NCBI RefSeq assembly: GCF_006345805.1
Contig: NC_042997.1
Coordinates: 96,534,001 to 96,598,000, forward strand
Direction: 5' to 3'
Length of the DNA: 64,000 bases
Source: Octopus sinensis
Taxonomy: Eukaryota
This document shows, one piece after another, positions 37,487 through 50,659 of this stretch; within the stretch, counting starts at the first letter, position 1, and each line of letters opens with the position of its first letter. The notes under the pieces are model-generated. The model worked only from the letters and a program-made list of their open reading frames with translations, made no database searches and had not been told where the DNA came from. The translations under genes were made by a program, and so were the position numbers.

Positions 37487-38735
37487 GTGTCCTTTTGTGT
37501 GTGTGTGCATGTGTCTGTATGTGTGTGTGTATGTGTGTGTTTGTTTGCGTGTGTGTTTTTTAGTTTTTAGCAGCAGCCTAGCCGTCCCCTCAGCCCCAAC
37601 ATCTCACCCCATTGTGCTGCTGCTACCCTCGGATCAGAGGGAAAAAATAGTACGTTTCCTCTATTCCTCTGTGTATGTGTGTTCGTCCACGGTGTTGCCA
37701 TCGTCATAGTTGTTTTTATTGCCCTCGTCGTCACAGCTGCTGCTTCTGACCGTTAGTTATATTGTTGACACCATATGCCCATCCATGATGTTTCATGTGT
37801 GTGTGTTTTTGTGTGTTCGCTTCGTATGTATCCATGCCCTTTATATAGTTTTATTTATTTATATAATCTATCTCTGTCCTACATTTATCATAGACAGATA
37901 TATTTATATATTTGTTTATCTACTTATATATTTATTTACTTATTTTTTAATAGATCTATCTTTATTTCTCATAACTATAAAAGGTAAGTGCATATATGTG
38001 TGTTGTGTGAGTATTATACTGTATGTGTCTGTATTATTCACAGGTTTTTTTCTCGCCTTTTCCCTTTCCCCTCTCTCTCTCTTCACGTCCCTACTGTCTT
38101 TAGTCATGTGGTGTTGTGTGCCGGTAGGTGTTAGTGTTCCATTCATGTTTTCTAAAAGGGATAGGTACATACGATTCGAACCCCCACACACATAGAAACA
38201 TATATACACGAACCCTCATGGAAAGCAACATGGTGTCAACAACACAACTAAGACGGTCAGCAGCGGCGGCAGTGCAGACGAGGGCAATAACAACAACTAC
38301 CACGATGGCAATACCGTGGACTAACATACATATAGGAGGAATACAGGAATTGTTCCATTTTTTCGGGTCTTAGGACAGCAGCAGCACAATGGGGTGAGAG
38401 ATAGGGGCTAAGGAGAAGACCACATGCTGCTAAAGTCTATGACACACACACACACAAACAAACAAGGACACAAACGCATGCGCACATAATGATACATGTC
38501 TTAGAAGAAGAGAGTGGAGCAAGAACAGACAGAGTAAAAAAAAAACGTGTCGCGGAAGAGGCCACAGATGTGTGATGAAATATTTCCGGACAATGGATAG
38601 GCGTTAAAATAATAAAATGACAGTAAGAAACGAGCGAAGAAAAACAAAATATAATGCGTGTGTTTATTTGGCAAAAAATGACAATAATAAATAAAATGAC
38701 CATCCCGAATTACAACAATATATGTTTCAACACAC
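37320..38735. repeat. diverged inverted pair of one repeat family: arms ~37320-37845 and ~38150-38735
   Basis: A 23-nt perfect reverse-complement match (37602-37624 vs 38377-38399) plus collinear blocks TTCGGGATG.CCAT/ATG.CCATCCCGAA and GTCCACGGT.TTGCCATCGT. Confidence 0.8.
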
Positions 38736-39059
38736 AATTTTAAATCAGGAATCCTGCAAAACGAATTGAGTGCAACTGCGTGGTAACTTCGGCAATGTAC
38801 TTTATTCGCATCCTGATGGGAACAACTACGCCAGCAGCTCAGTGATGTTGATGATCTGAACACATTGTACAATAACAGAATAATAACTTCCACCGACTCT
38901 GACAATCAGAGCATAATTTAACATTCTATTGTTCGAAACATTCTTACTAAAATTGTATTAAATATATAAGTGAGTATCGTTGGAGAACAAGAATTTACAG
39001 ACATCCACTGTGAATTTAGAGTAGATACATGAATGGCACAGTGCGTGTTCTAAAGGTGC

Positions 39060-39340
39060 TCTAACAGAGTTTTAACTAACGAAAAGAACTGAAGCTTACG
39101 GGTGTTAACTTACGAACTTTTGAAACTAATATTAAGTATGGCCCTACACGAGCAGGTTGTCCGAACATAACGTATGTAGATCAACTCAACAGAGACACTG
39201 CATGCGTCCCCAAAAACCTCCCCCAAGTAAACTAATGCATCCGAGATGGATGATGTGCACGGGTTAAAACTATCCGAGCGAACTCGGATAGATGACGACG
39301 GATAGATGACTCGGATAGATAACTCGGATGTTGACGACGG
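39060..39340 (+). mobile_element. RTE/RTE-X-type LINE 3' end with short tandem tail
   Basis: RAGCPNITYVDQLNRDT..RDG..VKTIRANSDR*, then (CGGATAGATGA)-type repeats. Confidence 0.6.
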
Positions 39341-39599
39341 CGATGATGATTAAGAGGAGAAGGAGAAGAAGGAGGAGGAGGATACGTGTGTGTGTGTGTG
39401 TATGCATGTACGTATGTATTTGCGTATGTAATTGTATCATTTATTTCGTGTGCCAACCACTATTAAAGTGTGATGTTATCATTTAATAATTAAACAGATA
39501 AATCCGCTTTTATAATACGAAGATATTAGTTTGTAAATTTTTAAACGATCGCTGTTGGGAAGAATAAATCATATTTCAAAACCATTGCGTGATGTGCAT

Positions 39600-40597
39600 C
39601 ATACATAACTTTGATAACTTTGATAGGTTTAGGCCAGTATAGGCCCAGGACATGTCTAACTTAATAGCACCACCTGGGAACATCTTTTAGTCATATATGG
39701 GGCACCATGGCTCACTCTAGCAAAGAGTTATTCTTGGAGATATATCCGGATGTAGGAGATTGGTCCGGGATTTTCTGAAGGAATTTGTCTAGTGGACTAT
39801 TGAATTTTATGGGATCCGTTTCCATTTTGACACATTTTGGTATGATATTAAAGAGAGCTGGAGCGGTTCAGGTAAAGTAATTGTGACGTAATGTTATTAT
39901 GTGTCCTGTTTTCGACTTTTGTAGTGGGCAGATAGCACGGGGATCACGTCTTGGATGGATCTTAAAATTGATGCCAACATTATTTGTGCAATATTGATGG
40001 AATATTTTCCACATTACACAAATGATGCAGTGCTCCCGACGGCGTTGGAGAGAGTATAGACTGAGTTTTGTTAGTCGACCCCAATAGTCAATGCCTCTCA
40101 TGCCGCCTATGTTTCTTGTTATTGACCTCAGGGGTGCTTTTCATAATGAGTTGTTTCCAATGGGGAGACCACAGTGGGCAACAGTATTCAAGGTGAGGTC
40201 GGGCAAAAGTAGAGTAGAGAAGGATGATGGTATGGACATCTCTAGACCGGAAGTTCTCAGAATCCAGGAGCACATTTTGCGAGCCAAATCAACCTTACTG
40301 TTTACGATGGCACTCCAGCTGAGATTGCTATCAACAATTACTCGAATGTCTCTGGTGTTGTTGGATGACATGAGGGAGTCATCCGAGGGAAGAGCATATG
40401 GTAATTTCAGAGTGTCCTCGTTTCCAAGGTGAGTCAAATCAAACTTATCTTTATTTAGAAGCATATTGTGTTTTTCCGATCATTGGACAGCAGCAAAGAG
40501 ATCTGAGTGAAGGCATGTTCGGTCACACATACCGTTTATGCCTTTCTGGAGTTTTGAATCATCAGAAAAGATATTCAATGTAGAATGTTTGATGGTG
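39600..40597 (-). mobile_element. CR1-clade LINE 3' fragment (RT C-terminus)
   Basis: MLLNKDKF..VIVDSNLSWS..ARKMCSWILRT/FRSRD..LLYSTFARPHLEYCCPLWSPH..DYWGRLTKLSLYSLQRRRE..ALFNIIPK..LDKFLQKIPDQ; tail AAAGTTATCAAAGTTAT. Confidence 0.9.
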
Positions 40598-40599
40598 TC

Positions 40600-40710
40600 C
40601 ATTATTTACATTATTTACATTTGATTGATATTTGATCCCATCTCGTCTGTCTTAGGGAAATTTCGAACCTGGGTTCTCATTCCTAAGGTATTTTTCGATG
40701 TTATTATTAC

Positions 40711-40745
<35 letters not shown>

Positions 40746-40765
40746 TATTATTATTATTATTATTA

Positions 40766-40842
<77 letters not shown>

Positions 40843-40877
40843 CATTATTATTATTATTATCATTATTATTATTATTA

Positions 40878-40937
<60 letters not shown>

Positions 40938-41013
40938 TATTATTATTCATGTCAGTGCCTGGAATAGAACTCAGAATCTTGGGGTTAGTAGCTCTCGCTC
41001 TTAACCACTACAC
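40600..41013 (-). mobile_element. tRNA-derived SINE family C with an expanded internal (AAT)n
   Basis: Reverse complement head GTGTAGTGGTTAAGAGCGAGAGCTACTAACCCCAAGATTCTGAGTTCTATTCCAGGCA (A/B boxes), ~250 bp of (AAT)n, tail (AATGTAAAT)2. Confidence 0.7.
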
Positions 41014-43802
41014 AAAATAAAGATTGTCAAAATATAATAATGGCGCAAAATGAGCAGCTATCAAAGTTTACCATACACCTTACTGCACTTATAAATGTCC
41101 TGTCAAATGCGACGGTGTTCTTCAAGTCGATAGGGTGGGATTATATGGGGTTTTGGCTGGTATTTCTAAGACGCTTCAGTCATTGCAGTCAATATGAGAA
41201 GCAACGCATAAAAAAGATAGTCGGGAACTGGCAATCCACCATTCATCTAAATAAGAGGAATTCACTATCAAACGCAAGTGAAAAGAAACGAAACTTTAGC
41301 ACGAACTTTAATCTGTAAATATATACGCATAATTTCATGAAAATCTCTGAATGTATAAAATCGGAACTTAAGAATTTTGAAAGCTCTTTCATAAATCATA
41401 AATTATCAAATATTAAATGTATTGGAAACAATGATAAATTATGCGTGTATCGTTGTTGAATCTGTGGGTATTATTTCCACGAACAAATCATTACACACTG
41501 CAATTAACGATTGCATGGAGATCAGCGACAATATGGTTATTCTTCAAGTCACATTAACGAAATCGGATTACATCGAACTATGAAATATTAAGCTAATATT
41601 TTGCTGGTCGCGTATAGCTGTGTTTATGAATAAGCACGAAACTGGTTTGCATATCATATATGCATGCGTATGCATGATGGGCGTTTATAAACGCTTCTAC
41701 ATAAATATATGCATAGTGAACAGCTATGTATTTGAATATATATTCAGTCATCAAAAACGTAGGTGTTCGAATATGCATGTAAGACTTTTATCCCGCTGCT
41801 GAGATCCAATGTTACCTACACTTATTTCGTCAGCCTGCGATTGAATTTCAGTCCAATTTCAACTCAATTTTCACAACGTCTATTTCTTTTTGTTGTTTCC
41901 TTTTCCTTTTCTTTTCTTTTCTTGTTTTTTTTCTTTTCTTCTCTTATTTTTTTATTTTTTGTTAAAACAAGACGGCAACATTTATACAAAATTAAATTAG
42001 ATAATAGTTCATATTGCTAAAATAAACAGTACACCGGACGAAGTTGCGAATGTTATTAAACTGTGAGGTCATTCGATAAGAGATAAAAAATAAACCGGAG
42101 ACGATTGTGCAAAGTGTAACTCTCAGAGAAAATGAATTAGTACAGATGGACGTTCACCCTAGAACATAGAAACAAGACAGAAAACTGACTGAACAGCAAG
42201 TCAGACATCACAATGAATGAAGCTATCTAGTCAGTAGTGTTAGAATTATGGGAAGAGATAAAAAGTATTGAAGTAAAGTTGGAACTGAACAGAAGATAAG
42301 GGAATGAAGAAACATAAGTGAGAAGGAAAGATGAAAGAAATAACGAAATACAGAGAGTGGAGGAAAGGCACGCTGACTTTATATCTTGTCCTGTATTTTA
42401 CTTATTGCCTGGGTTTAATTTCCATTAGTTTATGACATCATGTAAAAAATTTTAATACGTATTTCAGTTACTCTTTTCATTGTCTTTCTCTCTTCTCTTT
42501 GACGTACTTATACACGCACAAACGCTTCGTAGCCAACCCTGGAAAATTTCTAAACGCTGATGGATACTTTGCGTTAATTTGAACCGCTAGTGATGCCGCT
42601 GCTTTTGATCATTTGGTGTGGAGTCTGACTTCAATTAGTTGGAGACATTTGGGAGGTAACATAACATTAAAATAAATTTTGTCACTAACCACTGACCTTT
42701 ATATCTACAGTACATTAGGATGTTTACTTACTTGGTAACTTGGATTCACTATTGTTACTTCATAAATAATCATTTATTGGAAGAGATGTTACACGGTTCT
42801 CAGCATGGGAATTATTAAGCTCATTCACTTTTAAAAGGAAACACAAACGGCTATTGAAATTAAATTGGGCAAGTAGAAATCAAAAAGAGTTTGTTGTGCT
42901 GATCAAATTAGGATCATTACTTTTGTGCATCAGTGTTTGATAATGGAATAAAATACGATCTGTAAAGATTTGCTTCTTTTCTCAAGTTTTAATTATCTAT
43001 AACACTTTCCAAATTTTCCCGCGTGAAAATCCATTAAGAATTCAGGTTCTAAAACACTAGGATTATAAAATCTTAGAGCAGATTTATACTTAAAAAAATC
43101 ATTTTGGGTCCATTAAAAGAATGAAAGATTTCAATGGAAATTCTAAGTATTGGGTTCCTGGAATTACATTGACAGAGTTGAACAGACATTTATAAAATAA
43201 TCTCCAGCTCACCTGTAACGGTAATCTCATCAAATGTGGTAAATAATCTTTTGTTTTGGTACTCAATAGATATAGATTAATTACTCTAAATGATATTCTA
43301 AGGAATATTTTAATCAACAAACTGAGAGAATTTGACCACGATACACTGATTCCATGAGAGTATCTTGGTCAGCCTACGAACTTTTCAACCAGCACTCGCA
43401 TTCTGATATGTGTGAGAGAAGGCGAGAAAGAGAGCGGAGGAGAGAGAGCAGATGCTATCATTATTTGTATGTGCGCCTTATAATTCATTTGTCGTGAATG
43501 CAGTGATAGTTTGATAACATTTGCATTACTTATGATACAAATGATGATGTTGTCTTCTCTTTAGAATGGCGGTTTCCAACTTGTTTATGTAAGCTGTAAG
43601 CTAACATAAGGATATTGGACATAAAGCTAGTGTTAGAAGTAGTCTTGTTACACTATATAGATGCTACTTAATAGCTTTATGTGTTTGGACCAACAGAATA
43701 CAGATCATGGAAAATGCTCGTATAGCTTTTAAAATGCGTTGTTTAACCTCGTTCCTTGAAATATAAACATATATTTGCATTCAATAATTTCAAAAGTAAT
43801 AA

Positions 43803-44008
43803 TGCGGCAAACTGCCACAAGCGTTAGCGTGTGGGGCAAAATTCTTAACAGCATTTTGTCCGTCTTTACCTTCTGAGTTCAAATTCCACTAAGCCCGTAT
43901 TTTCTTTTTATCTTTTCGGGGTCGATGATATCACTACCAGTTGAATAGATATAATCAACTGAACCTTTCCTTCCAACTAGCTAACCTCGGGCCAAATTTT
44001 GAGACTAA
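43803..44008 (+). mobile_element. SINE family A, degenerate
   Basis: GCGGCAAACTGCCACAAGCGTTAGC...CTGAGTTCAAATTCC...CGGGGTCGAT. Confidence 0.65.
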
Positions 44009-45062
44009 CATTTTCGAAACAATGTGTTAAGTACAAAACTGACTTTGATCTTGTTATATTTGTAGACGTTGCTATTTGTTGTTCTTTTTCTCCATTTAAC
44101 TATATCCAATCTATACTTGGTCTTCACCTTTGTTATTATTCTTATTTTAGTGCTGTTTGTCTGAAATCTTTCTTCACACGATCTGTAACCTCTTCAGTGA
44201 CACTCCATCCCAAGTCACCCCCCCCGTCTGTTTAGTCCATTCTATGTTTCTGTGGCGTGTATCCTTATTTGCGTATGTAACTGTGTATGTGTGTGTGCGT
44301 GTGTGTGTGTTTGTGTGTGTACATGTGTGTATATGTGCGTGCTTGTGTGCGCGCGTCTATGTGTTTAGCCTGCGTGTTTTGTGTGCGTGTATATGCGTCT
44401 GTTTACTACAGTTTGTACTATTCAGTTATTTACTTTGTTTTTTATTTGTTTATTTACATATATATTAATGTTTCTTATTCCGTATATGCGTGTGTGTTGT
44501 ATTGTATGTATGTATGTATGTATGTATGCATGCATGCATGTATTTATGTATGTATATATGTATATGGATGTATGTGTGTATGTGTGCGCGAGCGCGCGTG
44601 TAAGTGGTGACATAATTCGTCGGTATTCAATCCCCTTGCTGGTTTGAATACCGCACGAGTTGAATTCATTCGATATTTTAAGGGAAACCCTCATACAGAC
44701 CCTTTTTTGTGTTACTCCCGTTCAACGTTCATAATTCAAGCATTTTTTGAAAAAATTTCCATAATGCAGGGACGATTTGTTCATTTTTGAGAGCTGCTGT
44801 GTTATTCACGTAAGTAAACTCGACTTTTAAGGGCATAGTGTATCGATTTCTAGCAGGCAGGTCGTTAAAACCAGTCAGTCAATGGCACGGGAAGTTGTTC
44901 TTTTTTCATATTCCTGATTTTGTTAAACTTCTAGACAAAGTTTCCAATTCATTGTTAAATTACATAGTCCAAACTTATACGAAGTGGTTACTTATTATAT
45001 ATTTTACCATTATCATTTACTTGTTCCTATATTTTCAGTTTGAGTCTACCAAATCAACGTTT

Positions 45063-45188
45063 CGGTCAGTCTTTGATCAACTCGGGGTTATAGTAGAAGA
45101 CACTCACCCATGGTGCCGCGCTTTAGGACTGAACCCAGTGCTAGGTGGATTGGGAAACAAGCTTCTTTACCACACAGCCTACCTCTGC
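45063..45188 (-). mobile_element. SINE family B head fragment
   Basis: Reverse complement GGTAAAGAAGCTTGTTTCCCAA...GGGTTCAGTCC...GGCACCATGGGTGAGTGTCTTCTACTATA. Confidence 0.6.
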
Positions 45189-45762
45189 TCATATGTGATG
45201 TTATTTTGAGAAATCTAAATAGATAGGTTGATCACGACCAAAATGCCCCTGGTGTCGACTCTTGTCGCCCGGAGTTAATTTGGTGTTGACCATCCATAGC
45301 TTTTAAAGTCGCTCTCATTAGGACATTTTGTACAGTCAAGTATATTTTGACAGCTATAATTCGTCTTTTAGGATCATTTTCGCAATTCGAATTAGGGATG
45401 AAGATTTCGGAAATTTTCTTTTTTCAAAACTATTAGTTATTAGTGTTGATTTTACACTTCTTAAATTGCTAAAGGAAATTTTATCAAACAATAGGATAAA
45501 TTAGTGCAGTGATTTGTTTCTAAACATCTCACGTCGTCAAAGAAAATCTCATCTATTCTGATGATTATATATTCTGTCTCAGCCGCCCAGAATATTTGAA
45601 AATAATCGATGGCTTCATATGTGCATAATTTAGGATAGAATTTATTTCTTTAGAAAAATATCACACCCACATGTATAGATATATAGATTCCCAGACATAT
45701 AGACAGACAAGAACATAACAAGCTAGCTTCCTAGATAGATGCATTTTATATATTACACACAA

Positions 45763-45795
<33 letters not shown>

Positions 45796-46025
45796 AATAT
45801 ATATATATATATACGCATAAAACGCACACATACACATATAAAATTGAAGAAACTGGAATCAGGAGGCGGGAGTGCGGTTGGACATTTGTTTATTATTCGC
45901 TACAATTGTTTTGACGAGACGTACTTCTAGAATACAGGTATTTGATTATGCAGCAGTATGTTTGCATAATGAGATCTAGATGTGTTTCCTCATGAGATAT
46001 ACAAGTGTTGTCTCCGTTAACTTAC

Positions 46026-46127
46026 AATCGCCGACTTCGAGGCCATCTCCTCTGCCTGTAGTAGTTTGAATTAAGTTGCTGCCGAAATACTCATAGTGCG
46101 GGCTGTGAGAGCGTGTTTGTCCGACTG
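46026..46127 (-). CDS. candidate internal coding exon (102 nt, phase 1-1) of an unidentified host gene
   Basis: Acceptor CTACTACCTTTCATAG|, donor |GTAAGT; only one frame is open (xVGQTRSHSPHYEYFGSNLIQTTTGRGDGLEVGDx); more GC-rich than the flanks; protein not recognised. Confidence 0.4.
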
Positions 46128-47210
46128 CTATGAAAGGTAGTAGATGGTGAAGGCTAGCCTTTAAATGGGATTGTCTTTGGTTGCATTTTAAATTTGTCCT
46201 TCATGGCTGGCTGCACATGTGAATTTCTTACTCTGAACTTTAGTATTCATTGGTCGGATACTTACACACATACACACACACAGACTCATACATTCATTCT
46301 CACACACTAAGCATACTTATATGTGCCCATATACACACATACATGCACTCCCATGTACATCCATACGTATATATTCCCATACACACGAGTATAAACATAG
46401 CCAAATTTAGGCAACCATATATACACACACATATGTAAATGCAAACATGTGGGTACATATATAATTACACTGATCAACATATACGCTTATGCACTGATAT
46501 ATATATATATATATACATCCGCTCGCATTCGTACACATAGATAAGTAAGTAAACCTACCACTTTGACTTGTACATACATATATCGAAGCGCTTATGCATA
46601 TACACACACTTACTTATATATGCATATACATAAATATATACATATGCATATCACTAATTACCTCAAAACTTAGGCGCTGACTATCACACGATCACCCCCA
46701 TAGATGTAAATATATATATGTTCTTAACATGTTCTTGTCACCAAAGAATGTATATATATATGTATTGTAGTATTCTGTGACAACCAATATTCTGTGCGTG
46801 TTTGAATATACAGATACAATACCAATATATATACATACGCATATATACGCGTATAATCGCAATCGCGCGCACATACTCACATATATGTGAGCATAGATAA
46901 ATACGAATATTAATATATGTACACCCATAGCCTCCAATCAACATTCAATACACACACTTGCGTGTTCGCACATATGTCCACGTTTGCATATACACATGTA
47001 TACATACACGTTCAAATACATATATACACATACGCATGTACTCACGCTCAGTTTAAACTACACATTGCACACATACAAATATATACACATATATACATAT
47101 ACCTACGCAGCCAAGTATATAATTTCATGGACTGTAGACACGTGTATGGGTACCCATACATATGAATAGGGAGACGAGGTTAATTAGACTGGGAGTTTAC
47201 TGAATTGTTA

Positions 47211-47249
<39 letters not shown>

Positions 47250-47329
47250 CATATATATAAAATCCTTTTGTTTACCTGTCTGTTCCCAGTGAATTCTCAA
47301 ACGGCTTTACCAAATCGACTTGTGACAGT

Positions 47330-47900
47330 AGTAGTGATTGAATTCTTGAGATATCTCGTTTGAATGTATTGTTTATAATATTTGCCTGTTATTCTAGACA
47401 GCAGAAGTAGGAAAGTAAGAAAGAAGACGAAGAAGAAAAATAAGAAGAAGGAGGAGGAGGAAGAGTAAGAATAATAAAGGAAGAATGCGGGATGGTATGA
47501 TAGTGGTTGGTTGTTAAATGGTCAAGTGCCCTGAAAGTAACTTGTTGTGGATGGTAGTAGTGATTGAATTCTTGAGATATCTCTTTTAAATGTACTGTTT
47601 ATAATATTTGCGTAGGTTTTATTCTAGACAACAGAAGTAGGAAAGTAAGAAAGGGGGTGGCGGAGAGGGAGTAGAAAACGAAGAAGAAGAAGAAGAAGAA
47701 GAAGAAGAAGAAGAAGAAGAAGAAGAAGAAGAAGAAGAAGAAGAAGAAAGGAAGGAAGAATGCGGGATCGTATGATAGCAGTAGGATGTTAAATCGCCAA
47801 GTGACATAAAAGTGGTTCGTTGTGGAATAAGGCAGTGATTGGGACTGTGTTTATTGAATTTTGGGGTATCTCTTTTGAATGTATCATTTTTAATATTTGC
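47330..47900. repeat. tandem duplication (~2.3 units of ~225-280 bp) with internal (GAA)n
   Basis: GTAGTAGTGATTGAATTCTTGAGATATCTC at ~47331 and ~47554; a third partial unit starts near 47831. Confidence 0.85.
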
Positions 47901-47949
47901 GTGTGTATTATTCTAATGTCGTGGTGGATATGTCATTTGTTGTAGATGC

Positions 47950-48810
47950 GTTAAAAAAGGGTCTGATTTTGGAAATGCATATTTGGCGCGGTGGTTACAA
48001 CTTGGAATTTTCTCATCATGTTTGTTTACCAGGTTCTCATTAATCAGCAGTATACTCAATACTTCTTCAAGGCAAAAGTCACATTTATCAAATAGTGAAT
48101 TACATGGGTCTGCAATTTTTATTATTGGCCGTTTTATTTCCTATTTAATTTTTTATTCTTTCAGTCCCCATATGAGTTCTGACAGTGAAGTTGCATGTTG
48201 TCATTTAAGTTTTCGGAACGATGCGATATGGTTGCAATAATGGACTTTGAATCGGTTTTCTGTGGTACCTATGTACAGGTATTTATGATGGAATGTGGAG
48301 ATTGTGCATTTGTATTCTATGTTATTTTGGGGGTGGAGGATACATTAGTTCACGAGCGGACAAGCGAATTTTCTACGGCATGTGCAGTTATTTGTACTAT
48401 TATTATTTCTATGTTTATGTGGTGGCCTTTGATTCTGTTTTCTGGATGTTTCGTGTGATTGTTAGTGCCTGGAACATTGTGCTTTTTTGTCATTTTTGTT
48501 GGATATTTTTTCATGTTTCATTTTAATTATATTGCCAGTCTTTTACGTTGTCTGAGTTTCTTCAGCCTATCTGTTGTTTATTTGTTATTGGCCTTAAATC
48601 CTGTGATGTTTCAATTTGTTTGTTCTCTGTCAATATACGTTGTTTATATGTTTAATGTCCTGTTGTTGTATTTATGTAGTACTCCATGTTGCGTACAATA
48701 TTTTCATTGTGTGCTTCCTGAATAAACGGTAGTATTTATGTGTTTTATGAAAGCATTTATTTAATACTGCAATGAATTGCTTACGTATCTTTGAAGATAT
48801 TTGGAGTCCC
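47950..48810 (-). mobile_element. degenerate Penelope-type fragment (RT-to-EN linker)
   Basis: KIRKQFIAVLNKCFHKTHKYYRLFRKHTMKILYAT resembles the PLE IGKxFLxxIxKHFP..KIFNRNTxKxSYS linker. Confidence 0.6.
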
Positions 48811-48849
48811 AAAATTGGATAATACCGTAGGACCTCCGAATTTTTGTAC

Positions 48850-49345
48850 CTTTTTTTTTGGTTCTTCAAACTATTCATTGTGTTGCGATTACGTGCGTCT
48901 GTACTCGAAATATTTCTATTCTTTAGGGTTAGATCTGTTTTCCTCTCATCTTCCCTTTGTGTCTCAGGTTTTCCATTTTTATTGTTACCCGTTTGTTGAT
49001 GTTATTCGTCTTATGCGTGTATTCTAACTTATTTGCGTTTGTGTTATTGTCATTTGGCGTTTTGTTACATTCAAACTTTATTTTTTCTTTATATCCAGCA
49101 TGTTGGTTGAATATTTCGACTGTAGCTGATAATCTTGATAGTCTGGTGGCTATGTTCTCAATTATTCCCTTGTTTATGAATGGTGGATAATTGGAATTGC
49201 CATTTCTATATCTTAATTACTCATTATGCGTATGATATTTTCACTGTGTGCCCGTTGAATAAACGGTAGTAATATGTGTTTTAGGAAAGCATCCATTTAA
49301 TGTTGCAATGAAGTGTTTACCTATCATGAACGATATCTGGCGTCG
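48850..49345 (-). mobile_element. second degenerate Penelope-type linker fragment
   Basis: MIGKHFIATLNGCFPKTH; shares GAATAAACGGTAGTA with 48720-48735. Confidence 0.55.
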
Positions 49346-50659
49346 CTATATATATACATACATACAGAGAGAGACATGCATATATGAGCATATATGGGTA
49401 CAGGACATCACCACAGTAAACAATATGAAATAAGAAAGCAAATGAATTCAATATGCCAACAACGAAAGAAGCAAAGGGAAAGCAGGACAAGTAACATAAA
49501 GAACGACCTTTCGTCAGTTGTCAGCTGTCTATCTACACCTCATTTCGGGCATTGAACGACAACAAGAGTCTCCGAAGATAGTTGCTGCCATACGTGCCAA
49601 AATTTGGGACTCATGGAGAGTCAAAGTTGGGAACAAAAACAGAACAGTGGAGACAAACAAGGAAACCGAACGAAAACAAGCATGGAGGGTTGTTAGACCT
49701 GAACGAGGGTAAAAAATAGCGAACGCCAGAGAAATATTTTCTTTGAGAAGAGAAAAGATATGAGAGAGAGGATATGTGCTGTCCTTACGACAGTCGCGAA
49801 AGAAAAGAAAGATGATCACGTGAGTAAGAGAAAGATGGACGATATTCACGTGTGAGCAACGAAAGAGAGAGAGAGAGAGAGAGATAAAGAGAGAGAGAAA
49901 CAGATACGGGACGCTGAAAGGGAAAAGGGTAATTAGAAAAAAGATGAGAGAAAATATTATTGGGTAGAGTCGCATCGAAAAGTAAAGATAAACTTACTTA
50001 GAAATGGATGCGTGGCGTTCAATCAAATAATAATATAAATAATATATCTTTATACATATATGTATATAGATATATTATTTATAGTGTGTGTGTATGTGAA
50101 TATGTATGTTGTTGTATGTGTGCGTGTGTGTGTTTGTGTAGAAAACAATGTTATTTTATTGCACTCAGGTAGAAATATAGGACACATAGAAGTTGAATAT
50201 GCTCTGAGAAGAGTTCAAATTTTGTTATTATTATATTAAAGATTTAACCGGTTTCACAGTTTACACTTATTTTTAAAAATTTGAAATACAAAGACATGGC
50301 TTATATCGCAGCTGTTTTGCTTTTGACTAGTGTTTGGAGCTTGCCCTATTTTTATGGGGAGTTCATGGCTCAAATTAGTATATGTTTTGCATAGGATTTG
50401 ATTGGTAGAATATAGTCACGTGACTGGTCTTAGAAATGTTTGTAGGTTCCCCGCTACATTCATGTGTTAGTATCAATTGAAAATGTTTAGCGTCATAAGT
50501 TTAGGCTAACACGATTGGCCTGAATATTTTCTGTCAAGTGTTTAATGTCATAGGAAGAATGTATAGTAGCAGTGTCTCCTGTTGTGTGTCCACCTACACA
50601 TGTGCGTAGGGGAATGATCAGTGGAAGGTACTGGTAGTTTGAAGTATGTGGGAGTGCGT

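Noticed and set aside
43565-43588. 24-nt plus-strand micro-exon candidate (TCTTCTCTTTAG|...|GTAAGC)
   Set aside because: Too short to distinguish from chance in AT-rich sequence without RNA data
44617-44658. Small hairpin CGGTATTCAA/TTGAATACCG
   Set aside because: A 10-bp stem alone is not diagnostic; there is no ribozyme core, terminator context or family evidence
49495-49570. Minus-strand CTGACGA with an upstream GAAA, a possible permuted hammerhead
   Set aside because: Stems I and III cannot be formed in any of the type I, II or III topologies
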